NCBI GenBank assembly: GCA_013265495.1
Contig: MU058221.1
Span: 4,944,066 to 5,008,065 of the forward strand
From: Vicugna vicugna
Taxonomy: Eukaryota
Direction: 5' to 3'
DNA length: 64,000 nucleotides
Position 1 is the stretch's first letter; each line of letters opens with the position of its first letter. Below are positions 54,048 to 64,000 of the stretch, one piece after another. Both the position numbers and the translations under genes were made by a program. The notes beneath the pieces are model-generated. The model had not been told where the DNA came from. It made no database searches and saw nothing but the letters and a program-made list of their open reading frames with translations.

Positions 54048-54739
54048 GTGAGTCCCGGGCAGCCGGGATGGGGGTGAGGGGTGAGGGGGAATTCAGCAGG
54101 GGGCCCGGCAGCCTCCCTCGGCCGCATCCTCTCCCTTGGGACTTGTTCCCTTTGACCCTCGGGGTTCCCCTCCTCTGAGACACCGCACAGCCTTTCTCAT
54201 GTTAAGGAATGTTTTACGATCAGGATTTTGAGACTGAAAGGGAACCTGAGGGAGTGTGTAGCTTCCTCCCCTCCACCCCCCATATACTTGACAGCTGCAA
54301 GGCCCAGAAAGGAACAGTTTCCCAGGGCCGTGTGGATGACCAGTGGCAGAGCCGAGACCAGCACTGAGGCCGTGCTTTGTCCACTATGCCATGAGACGGC
54401 AGGAGAGCCAAAGTCAGTGCCTCGTGGCCAAGGAGACCCCCGTCTTGTTTCTGCCTGAAGTGCCCTGCCCCCTTCCTCCTCCCCACCTGGGGCCGGTGCA
54501 TCCCAGATCTCACCACCCCGTTCTCCTTTGTCAGGAGATTGTCTTTTCCTAGAATGAGGCCTGAGGTCAGTCAGAGGCTGGGAACCGGATCCTCAGGCCC
54601 TGAAATCTCGGGGCCACCTGAATCGCATCCAAGCGGCTCATCTCCCTCCCCCTGCCCCCAGCCATCCCCTCCGCCTCCGTGGAAGGTGCCGGAAGGTGCC
54701 GGCCAACCCATGCTAACCCCCAGCCTTGTGACTTCCCAG

Positions 54740-54899
54740 GAAATCGCCAGTCCCAGTGAAAAAAGAGGAAGAAAAGAAACCCCACGTGAAGAAGCCTCTT
54801 AATGCCTTCATGTTGTACATGAAGGAGATGAGGGCCAAGGTGGTGGCCGAGTGCACCCTGAAGGAGAGTGCGGCCATCAACCAGATCCTGGGGAGAAAG
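54740..54899 (+). CDS. TCF7L1: TCF7L1 coding exon 9 (160 nt), N-terminal half of the HMG box
   Basis: cccag acceptor and AAG|gtaaag donor; encodes [42 protein letters not shown]. Confidence 0.98.
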
Positions 54900-54987
54900 G
54901 TAAAGTCCGTCCTTGCGCTCCGGGCCGCGCGGCTCGGCATCCCCCGTGCTCACCGCTCCCGGCCGTCCCCGGCCCTCTCTCCCGCAG

Positions 54988-55095
54988 TGGCACAACCTGT
55001 CCCGAGAAGAGCAGGCCAAGTACTACGAACTGGCCCGGAAGGAGCGGCAGCTTCACTCACAGCTCTACCCGACCTGGTCAGCCCGGGACAACTAC
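54988..55095 (+). CDS. TCF7L1: TCF7L1 coding exon 10 (108 nt), C-terminal half of the HMG box
   Basis: ccgcag acceptor and TAC|gtacgt donor; encodes [36 protein letters not shown]. Confidence 0.98.
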
Positions 55096-55825
55096 GTACG
55101 TAATGCCCACTCGGACCCCAGGATCAGCTTCTGCCAGAGGAAGAGGGGAGAAGGATGTTGACCCTGTTTGTAGAGGACCCAGGGAGAAATCTGTTTCCCT
55201 AGACGGAAGGAAGTCATTTTAATTCTCAGGAGATCAACAAGGTCTTGGTTTTGGTGTGCTGAGGACAGACTTAAATTTGTGCCCATCCCATTGGAAGCGG
55301 ACTCAACCTTTAGTTCTGTAATTCAGGGTGCCGTGTGAGCTGTGTGCTAGCTCTGCTGGTCACAGTGTCTCTGGCCAAGGCTTCCCACCCTGGGGTTTCA
55401 GAGACCAGCGTGCGAGCCGCTGCTGGCACTTCTGACAAACGCCCTGAAACTGGGCAGGTTGTTGAATGTACGTTCTTGCTTGCTTTTCTTCTGTGAAGAG
55501 TCTTCAGAGCTGTGTTAGATTTTCAGTGAGACCTGGGACCCCGTCCAAGAAGATCAGGAACCCCACACAGTTCTAGGGAGAGAAACAGAAAATAAGCCTG
55601 GAGGGCAAGGAAAGAAAGAGGCCTTCCAAGAAAGCCAGGACCCCCGAGCGGGAAGGCGGGTCGGAGTGAGGGCGGGAGGCGGCCTTCCGGGATGTCTCAC
55701 TCTGCCTCCCGTGGGGCCGCGCCTGGGATGAGCAGCTCCCATCTGCCTGCTTCGTAGCTGGGAGTCCCCCGGAAAAGCCAGGCATTCTGCCTCTGCTCAC
55801 CTCTCCCTTTGGCTGTATCTTCCAG

Positions 55826-55901
55826 GGTAAGAAAAAGAAGAGGAAGCGAGAAAAGCAGCTGTCGCAGACCCAGTCCCAGCCGCCAGCCCAGGAGGCAGAA
55901 G
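55826..55901 (+). CDS. TCF7L1: TCF7L1 coding exon 11 (76 nt), basic tail/NLS GKKKKRKREKQLSQTQSQPPAQEAE
   Basis: ttccag acceptor and AAG|gtaggt donor; basic NLS follows the HMG box. Confidence 0.96.
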
Positions 55902-56901
55902 GTAGGTCTTAAGGAGGCGCCGCATCTTGACTTCTTCCCGCCGTGCAGCTACACCTGCAGGGGCCCTGCCCTGGTCTCTGAAGGACACGGAGACAATGCT
56001 GTATGGTAATAACCGCCATTTCCAAGGCCTCCGCCCCAGGCCCACTCGGGTGGGTGTTACCGTCACCCCCTTTTTGGAGATGATCACTTCCGGGGCTCAG
56101 AGACGTGAAGGGATTTTCCCAGTCACGCCCCTTGTTGAAGGTGGCGGTGGGACTCAGTCCCAGCACTCTCTCACTTGGAAGACGAGGAGCTTTTCAGTGC
56201 AGCTGAGTTGCATCTCATTTGAGGGTTAGGTTCTGAAGTCAGTGCGCAAGGTAAAAACTGAATACAGCTGGAAGGATCCTTGAAATTGCCTTAGAAAACC
56301 GGCCCGTTAAGAGATTGATGCACCTCCTACCGGTGAATCCAATAGAATCAGATTTTCCTCCAGTGTCTGGGTGGTCGAATACCAGAAAGAGTTTGCTGGG
56401 GGCCCCTTTGTACCCCGAGTATGTACTGTATCTTTTCACACCAGAATCACCCAGCAGAGAGGCTCACACGGTGACCCATATTTTGATCACGCTTCCCACG
56501 TCCCAGGACACATACGGAACTGCTGGGTCCATCTGCTTTTTATTCCTCCTCCTTTCCTTTCTGTCTCTGTATCCTTCGTGTATTCATCTAAGTCTGGGTA
56601 CATGTAAGTAAACTTGTACGATGCAAAGCCCACCGTATACCATGCTGCTTGGCAGGTGCTACACTGTCTCCAGCAGTACTGTGAACCAAAGATTTCACCG
56701 CAAATTGAGTGGAGATCCAGCCCCAGAGTGATGAGATTTTTAGGCAGAGGAGACGACCTGGCAGGCTGAGCTGCCTCCCTCCAGGCAGACGCTGAACAGG
56801 CTTTGGCATTTGGGCCTTGCCCCTTCCCTGTGCTGTCAGTGTCTGGATCTTGAAAGCCTCAGTCATGATTTCAGATTCTCACTTCCCTCCTGGTAGGCAT
56901 T

Positions 56902-57045
56902 CTTTTTTTGGTGGGGTGGTGCAGCAGGGTAATTAAGTTTATTTATTTTTTAATGAAGGGACTGGGGATTGAACCCAGGACCTTGTGAATGCTAAGCGTG
57001 CACTCTACCACTGAGCTGTCCCCTCCTCCTCGCCCCCACCTCACC
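56902..57045 (-). mobile_element. tRNA-derived SINE, Vic-1-like, in intron 11
   Basis: actggggattgaacccaggaccttg...ctctaccactgagct. Confidence 0.88.
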
Positions 57046-57098
57046 CAGTGCCACTAGCTGCTGACTCTTTCATTTGTTTTGTTTGTTTTTTTCCCTAG

Positions 57099-57532
57099 GT
57101 GCTCTGGCCTCCAAAAGCAAGAAGCCATGTGTGCAGTACCTGCCGCCTGAGAAGCCCTGTGACAGCCCTGCCTCCTCCCACGGCAGCATGCTGGACTCCC
57201 CGGCCACCCCCTCCGCGGCCTTGGCCTCCCCGGCCGCCCCGGCCGCCACCCACTCAGAGCAAGCGCAGCCCCTCTCCCTCACCACCAAGCCAGAGACCCG
57301 GGCCCAGCTGGCGCTCCACTCTGCGGCCTTCCTGTCAGGGAAGGCGGCGGCCACCTCCTCTGGCCAGATGGGCAGCCAGCCCCCGCTCCTGTCCCGGCCT
57401 CTGCCCCTGGGGTCTGTGCCCGCAGCTCTGCTGACGTCCCCCCCGTCCTTCCCAGCCACGCTCCATGCCCACCAGGCCCTCCCTGTTCTCCAGGCCCAGC
57501 CTCTTTCCTTGGTCACCAAGTCTGCCCACTGA
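57099..57532 (+). CDS. TCF7L1: TCF7L1 last coding exon (12) up to the TGA stop; C-terminal tail with two CtBP-binding motifs
   Basis: T-rich tract plus ccctag acceptor; encodes [10 protein letters not shown]...PLSLT (57269-57283)...PLSLV (57500-57514)TKSAH-stop. Exons 4-12 sum to 1326 nt, a multiple of 3. Confidence 0.97.
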
Positions 57533-58505
57533 GCTGCCCCCTGACCCATGCAGGCTGTCACGTGACTCATCGAGTAGTAATGATGCAGAAGAAAAGACAA
57601 AAAGGAAACTTTATTGGTCAATATTTGACCACTCTGGACTGTTCTGTAAAGTGCTTAACGGCAGCACTTTACATTTTGTAGATGTAACCAGTAGCTGAAC
57701 TTAAGGCTTTTTTAAAAAACAAAACAAAACAAACAAAAAAAACTTAAAAAAAAAAAAACGAGAACTGAAAACTGAAAAGGAGTGTTCCTCTTCCTGTATG
57801 TGCAGTGGTGGCTGGACCTGGGCAGAAGACGCCTCTCTCTCTACCTCTTGGACTTTCTGCCCTCCTCCCTCTCCTCATCGTCCCGTGTGTCCCGGCTTCC
57901 CCCACCCAGTCTGCATGTGGCCAGCGCTGCCATTTCCAGCCCGCCGCCTCTCCATCTCCATCCCATTCCTGGGCATCATTCCCCTTCACCTGGCCCACGT
58001 GTCTCTCCTTTGCTGAACTCCATTGGTTCCTGCCTTCATCTTCTTCATCCTCTGCCCAGTGTAAGGCTGTGACCGTGTCAGAAGACACCTTGGCCTGGTT
58101 TGTCTCCACCAGCGTCCTTTCCATCAGTGGCCCTAACCCCGCCAGCCTCCAGCTCTCGGCAGGGGAAGAGGTCCTCTGAAATGGTTCTTCCCTGCATTTA
58201 AAGGGCCTCAAGGTGCCTGCCACTTCCTCAGTGAAGAAGCCTGTGTTCCACCCCCTCATCAGTCAAGATGTCCCCTCACAGCCCCAGAGTGGCAGAAAGG
58301 ACCTGGCTCCGAGGTCTGGCTTCTGTCACCTGGGCCAGTGCTAGCACAATCTGCCAAAGCTCTACAGACCCTCCTCCCTCCCCCATCACCTCACAAGCTT
58401 CTTCTGTGTGTATTTCCTTTTGTTTTTATGGGGGTTTTTTGGAGCAGTTTAAACTCCCAGTTGTTTATTTTCACAAAAGAAAATAAAATTGCAGTCGCAA
58501 GACCT
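57533..58505 (+). other. TCF7L1: TCF7L1 3'UTR (end approximate)
   Basis: Runs from the stop codon to about 20 nt past the AATAAA at 58482. Confidence 0.8.
58482..58487 (+). terminator. Polyadenylation signal AATAAA of TCF7L1
   Basis: Canonical hexamer with U-rich upstream sequence and T/GT-rich downstream sequence (ctttgagtattttagtccttttgttg). Confidence 0.8.
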
Positions 58506-58794
58506 CCTTTGAGTATTTTAGTCCTTTTGTTGAATTAAGCCCCCTTCCTCACACCAAGCCTGGGGTGAGGGTTTTGCAGACACACAGATAATTACTGCTA
58601 ATTGGAGGGGGATATAAATCTTGCCTGATTCAACCAGAAAAATCCAGCCGAGCTTCCAGTCTCGAATGTGCACAGACCAGTCTGTATCGATAACTGGGAT
58701 CCAGAGGGAGGGGTCTTTTTATTTCCATTTGTCCTGTAATTACCAAGAAGGGTGTCCTTGGATTGCTTTGCATATATCTTGCCCCACAGCTAAT

Positions 58795-61220
58795 TTTTCA
58801 TTGTTGTTACAGCCGTATTGAGATAGAATTCACATAACACAATTCACCCATTTAAAGTGTACAGTTTGATGGTTTTGAGTATGTTCAAAGTTGTGTACCC
58901 ATCATCACAGTCGATTTTAGAACATGTTCAAAATTCTCAAAAAGAAACCCTATACACTTTTAATACCCTCCACTTCCTCCTTCTCACCCCACTCCCACCC
59001 CAGCCCAGCCCAGCCCAGCCCTTGGCAAACATGAACCTCCTTTCTGTCTCTGGATGTGTCTTTTCTGGCTATTTCATTTAAATGGAATCATACATACAAT
59101 ATGGTCCTTTCTCACTCACTTCTTTCAGCATAATGCTTTCAAGATTCATCCATGTTGTATGTAACAGCACTTCATTTGGTTTTTTTTTTTTTTTGTGGAT
59201 GGTAAAACAGATAGAACAAAATTTGTCCTTTTAAACAATGTACAATTCAGTGGCATTAATTACATCCGTGGTATTATACAACCATCATCACTGTCTATTT
59301 CCAAAACTTCTCATCACCCTGAACAGAATCTCTGTAACCATTAAGCAGTAACTCCCTTAGTTCCCTCCCCCTAGCCCCTGGTAACTCTTCATCTACTTTC
59401 TCTTTCTAAATATTTCATATAAATGGACTCATAAAACATGTGTCCTTTTGTGCCTGACTTACTTAACTTAGCATGTTTTCCAGGTTCATCTACATTGTAA
59501 CATGTATCAGAGTTGCGTTTTTTGAGTCTTGATAAAATAATTTAGTCTTCTTTTACCTTTTTTTGAGTACTTGCCAGGTTTTTCACCCTACTCAGACACA
59601 CAGCTTTTTAAATTGTGGTAAAATATATAATCTAAAAAATATATATATGATATACTAAGTAGACAGTTTAGTGGCATCACGTACATTCATGATGTGCAAC
59701 CATAATTTCCAGAATTTTTTCATCATCCAAACAGAAACTGTACCCATTAAACATTGACTCCCCATTTCCCCCTTCCCTCAGACTTCAGGAACCTCTAATC
59801 TACTTTCTATCTTCATAAATTTGCCTCTTTTAGGTAACATATAGGAAGAATCATACAGTACTTGTCCTTTCGTGTCTGGCTTATTTCACTTAGCGTAATG
59901 TTTCCAAGGTTCATCCATATTGTAGCGTGAATCGGAGTTTCATTCCTTTTTATAACTGGGTAATATTCTATTGGACGTATAAATTACATTGTATTTACTC
60001 ATTCATCCATTCAGGAATACGTGGGCTGTTTCCACATTTTGACTCTTGTGAATAATGCTGCTGTCAACAGTCACATACAAATATAAGTCTGAGTCCCTGT
60101 TTTCAATTCTTTGGGGTTTATACCTGGACGCAGAATTGCTGGGTCATACGGTAATTCCGTGTTTAACTTTTTGAGGAATTGCCAAACTGTTTTCCAAAGC
60201 TCTGCAACATTTTGCATTGCAATCAGCAAAGTATGAGGGTTCTAATTTCTCCACATCCTTGCCTACATATTATTTTGGGTTTTTTTTATAGCCATCCTAC
60301 CACGTGTGAAGTGGTATCTCACTGTGATTTTGATTTGACTTACTCAACTAATACTAATGGCGTTGACCGTAAAAGTATAGGCTTAATTCCAGACTCTCAA
60401 TTCTATTCCATTTACCTCTGTCTTTATGCCGGTACCACACTGTCCTAATTACCGTCGCTCTGTAGTAAATCTTAAAATTGGGAAGTGAGAGTCTTCCAGT
60501 TTCGTTCTTTTTCAAAACTGCTTTGGCTATTACGGGTCTCTTGCATTTTCATGTGAATTTTAGGATCAGCTTGTCAACTTCTTCAGAGACACCCGCTGGG
60601 ACTGGAATAGGGATTGGGGAGCACAGCTATTCTAACAATCAAGTCTTCTAGTCCATGCACACGGGATGTCTTTTCATCTATCGAGGGCTTCTTCAGTTCC
60701 TTTCAATAATCTCTCATAAATTTTCACATTGTCAGTTTTGCACTTCATTTGGTAACTTTACTCCTAAGGATTGCATTCTTTTTCATACGATGGTAAATGA
60801 AATTGTTTTTTAATTTCATTGTTAGACTGTCCATTGCAAGTGTACAGAAATACAACCGATTTTTGTAGAATGCTTTTACAGCTTACAACCGTGCTGAACT
60901 CATCCTAATAAATTTTTAGAAAATCCTCAGAACTTTATACAAGGTCATGTTATCTGCAAATAGCAATAGTTTTATTTCTTCCTTTCCAATCTGGATGCTT
61001 TTTGTTCTGTTTTCTTGCTGAGCTGTCTCGGCTACTTCCAGTACAAAGCTGAACGGAAGTGGTGAGAACATACATCATTGTTCCTTATCCCAGCGGGAAA
61101 GCACCCAGTCTTTACCATTAAGTATGACCTTAGTTGTAAGGTTTCTGCACATGCTCCCTTCAGACTGAGGAAGTTCCCTTCTTTTCTGAGTTTGTTGAGT
61201 GTTTTCATCATGAAGAAGTG
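58795..61220 (-). mobile_element. Cluster of older L1 fragments (several stacked 3' ends plus ORF2 pieces)
   Basis: Recurring L1MA/MB-type termini (attcacccatttaaagtgtacag; aattgtggtaaaatatat) and ORF2-like sequence at ~60000-61220. Confidence 0.85.
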
Positions 61221-62799
61221 CAAGGCAATTTTAAGACTTATTCAAGTTACACCCTACCATTCCCTCAGACCGAAATTGGTGTGAGTTAGGAGTTAGTGCT
61301 AAGATCTGCTTCTATTCCAGGCAGAAGCACTGCCTGGAGAAAAACCACACAACTGAAGCAGGTGCCACAGTAGATCTGTGGTGCCTAACATAGCACAGGC
61401 CCTCAGCACCGCTCATCGGTTATTACACGTACCCTGTGTCAGCTCCTCTCTTAGTCCCCTCAACAACGTTTCTCTCCACCATCCTCAAGCCCCCAGTTTA
61501 ATCCCCACCCTCTTACTCTCAAAGACTGCCTTACCTCTCAGAGTATCAAGAAAATTGAGGCCAGCTCTAGTTTGATCTCCAACAGCCCTCCCTCAACATC
61601 CCCTCAGCCCCGGCCGTTCTAACCGCCTTTCCGCAGGTCTCAGTGTCAACCCCGGGTTCAACCCCGTGGGAACTGCACTGCTGCCCTCCAGACCTCGGCC
61701 CTTCGTCCTGGGTACCTTGTTCCACCAGTTGTCCAGCCGCTGTATCTGTCTTGTGATCTTGGCCTCATACTGTCTTCCTCTCAGTCAATAAAAAAACTTA
61801 ATCTTCTCCCACATTAGAAACCCTGTTTCTCATTCACACTTCCAGGAAAAGGTGGTTTCTACTTACCTTCCATTCACCACCTATCCCACTGCCACCGGGG
61901 TTTGCTCCCACTACTCTACTGAAATACCCAAGTCCTTATCTCACCTCAGCTCTGTGCTGTGTTTAAGACTGTTGATTTCATTTTCCTTCTGGAAACACTC
62001 GCTCCTGTGACAACTGTGAACCCTCAAAGGATGCTGAGTAAAAAATAGTGGAAAACAAGGAGAGGTTAGTGTCCCAAAAGACAAGTGACAAGACTAGTAG
62101 CACTAAAGCTACAAAGAGGTCTGCAAGGTAGGAACTGCACGTATGGTTTTGTAACTTGCTCTGTTTCCAGTTGATAACATATGCACACAGATGCCTATAG
62201 AAAAGGGAGAACCAACAAAATACTCATGATCATAGCTCTGGATTACAGGATAGTTCTATTTTGTTACTTTAGCTTATCTTTGTTTTTTTAACTTTTCTAT
62301 AATGAACACGCTAATTATAATAATAACAATTTGGGGGAACCTTAATTATATGCTAGATACTGTGTTAAATACTCTGTATGAATTACCTAACCCTCAACAC
62401 ATTGACTCCCATTTCATAATGAAGAACTTGATACTTAAAGCAATTAAGTAAATTCCCCAAAGTCATGTGAATTACTTGTTCAATACCTATTCAAGAATAA
62501 TAGTTAGTGACTATGTTTTTTTCTTATCAAATTAGCAGGTTAAGAATACTCACTGCTGTCCAAGGTTGGGTAAGATAATAGCACAACCTTAAGCAAGTTG
62601 CTTCATTTTTTTGAGGGTCTGTCTCATGCACTTAACCAGTCCCTGATTACAAATAATACTTACTAACAGTAGAAAACTGAAAATAATTCAGATCTCCAAT
62701 AATAAGGGAACTGTCACAAAAATTATGATAAACTCAAACTACTTTTTCTGAAACTATTAAGTCATATTTTCTAAACAATACTTTAGTTAGGGAAACAGT

Positions 62800-63300
62800 T
62801 CCTATATTTACCTTCGAACTCCATGCTCACATTTCCAACTACCTCCCTGACATCTCCACTTGACTGTCTCAAAGGCATCTTAAACACATGAGCAGGATGA
62901 ATTCATTTTCTATGCCCTACCCTTATTAAATCTGGTTTTCTACACCTTCCTCACCATCCCCCTCCCTCCCAAGTCCAGTCCACCTCCACAGTCTGTTGGT
63001 GTTGCCTCCCAAGTTTATCTCAAGTCCTACCACTTCCCTCTGTTCTCACTGTCCCTGTGTTGGTGCTGTTTGGACTACAGCGAGTCTCCTTACTGATTAA
63101 CTCCTAAATCCACTCTTCTCCCCCCACCACCCTGACAGCAGATTCTTCACCTGACAAGCAGACTAACCTTCAAAACTTCCCGTCTCTCATTATATCTTTC
63201 CCCTACCTACACCTCTTTAATGGCTTCTGGTTTACGTTAGGATAAAACATAAAACTCTGGACATGGCCCACGAACTCCGCATGATTTGGACCCTTATTTT
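62800..63300 (+). mobile_element. LINE-2 relic
   Basis: atttccaactacctccctgacatctccacttgactgtctcaaaggcatcttaaac, an L2-like motif. Confidence 0.6.
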
Positions 63301-64000
63301 CTCTCCTGCCTAGTAATGGGTCAGGCTTAATAATATGCCATTCTCCTATCTACACACACAAACACAAATGTGCACACATATGAGTGTGCTAAGCCAATAT
63401 CCTTTCTTTTAAATTGAAATATAGTTGACGGATGATATTATGTTAGTTTCACGTGGACTACATAGTGATCTGACATTTGCATGTATTACAAAATGATCAC
63501 CATGGTAAGTTTAGTAACCATTTGTCCTAGGCTGGTATTCTCTAAGGTTACTCAAGTATTTATTTAGGGGAGGTGGAGACAATTTTAGAAACATTCACTT
63601 ACCAATTCACTTCCTCTAGCCAGAGTCATGGTTCTGAAATAATTTGGCAAACAATTTCTCACTTCACTCTGATTCTTATTCTCTCGCCTTAGTGATGAGA
63701 GTGTGTGAGATTCCCTTACAACAGAAAAACACTGAGACGCATATTTAAGAGGTTTTAAATAACAAGGCACTTGTTCTTGAAAATTGTATGTATGCCATGT
63801 ACTAGTCCTTAAAACCCTTTAGAATTTGGACTAACTAGTACTGAATGCCGAGGAACCCGAATATTGTACTCAGACTGCAGGGGAGTGTTTATCTCCTGAC
63901 AGCTGTAGTCCTTTTCAGTGGGATTACATTTCAACCTGCGTTAACTGGCATAGTTTTTGATGTACTTTTGTGCCCCAAAGAGATTTATGTTCGGGACAAC

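Noticed and set aside
54900..54987. 88-nt GC-rich intron splitting the HMG box as a mirtron candidate
   Set aside because: The 5' end is not G-rich and does not pair with the C-rich 3' end, so there is no end-to-end hairpin.
57615..57631. TGGTCA-N5-TGACCA as a nuclear-receptor (ERE-like) DNA element
   Set aside because: The spacer is 5 rather than 3; an RNA hairpin in the 3'UTR explains it better.
1..64000. Prokaryote-type systems (CRISPR arrays, operons, IS elements)
   Set aside because: The sequence is mammalian, with spliceosomal introns and LINE/SINE repeats; no regularly spaced direct-repeat array was seen.

Overview
Mammalian genomic DNA, most likely a camelid (alpaca/camel), judged from tRNA-derived Vic-1-like SINEs and camelid-type L1 3' ends. 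The window holds the 3' part of TCF7L1 (TCF3, the Wnt-pathway HMG-box repressor) on the + strand: the distal ~41 kb of the large intron 3, coding exons 4-12 (1326 nt, 441 aa plus stop, all GT-AG, one continuous frame; numbering follows the human gene from memory), and a ~1 kb 3'UTR with an AATAAA signal. Exons 1-3 lie upstream of the window. The rest is intronic or intergenic, with L1, L2, MIR, SINE, MLT2 and DNA-transposon relics. Nearly all ORFs in the supplied track are spurious. The most notable unexplained structures are: (1) a ~490-bp inverted repeat pair around a 3.2-kb intronic spacer, near-identical in the core and decaying at both edges, suggesting gene conversion and a possibly invertible cassette; (2) two adjacent 3'UTR hairpins, one Roquin-CDE-like and one that hides a miR-17-family/miR-302 seed site behind a miR-20a-like arm; (3) convergent CTCF motifs around exon 4, one with a young L1 inserted beside it; (4) signs of GC-biased substitution in old repeats and in the coding sequence. 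Repeat-family names and cross-species comparisons are from recall and need database confirmation.
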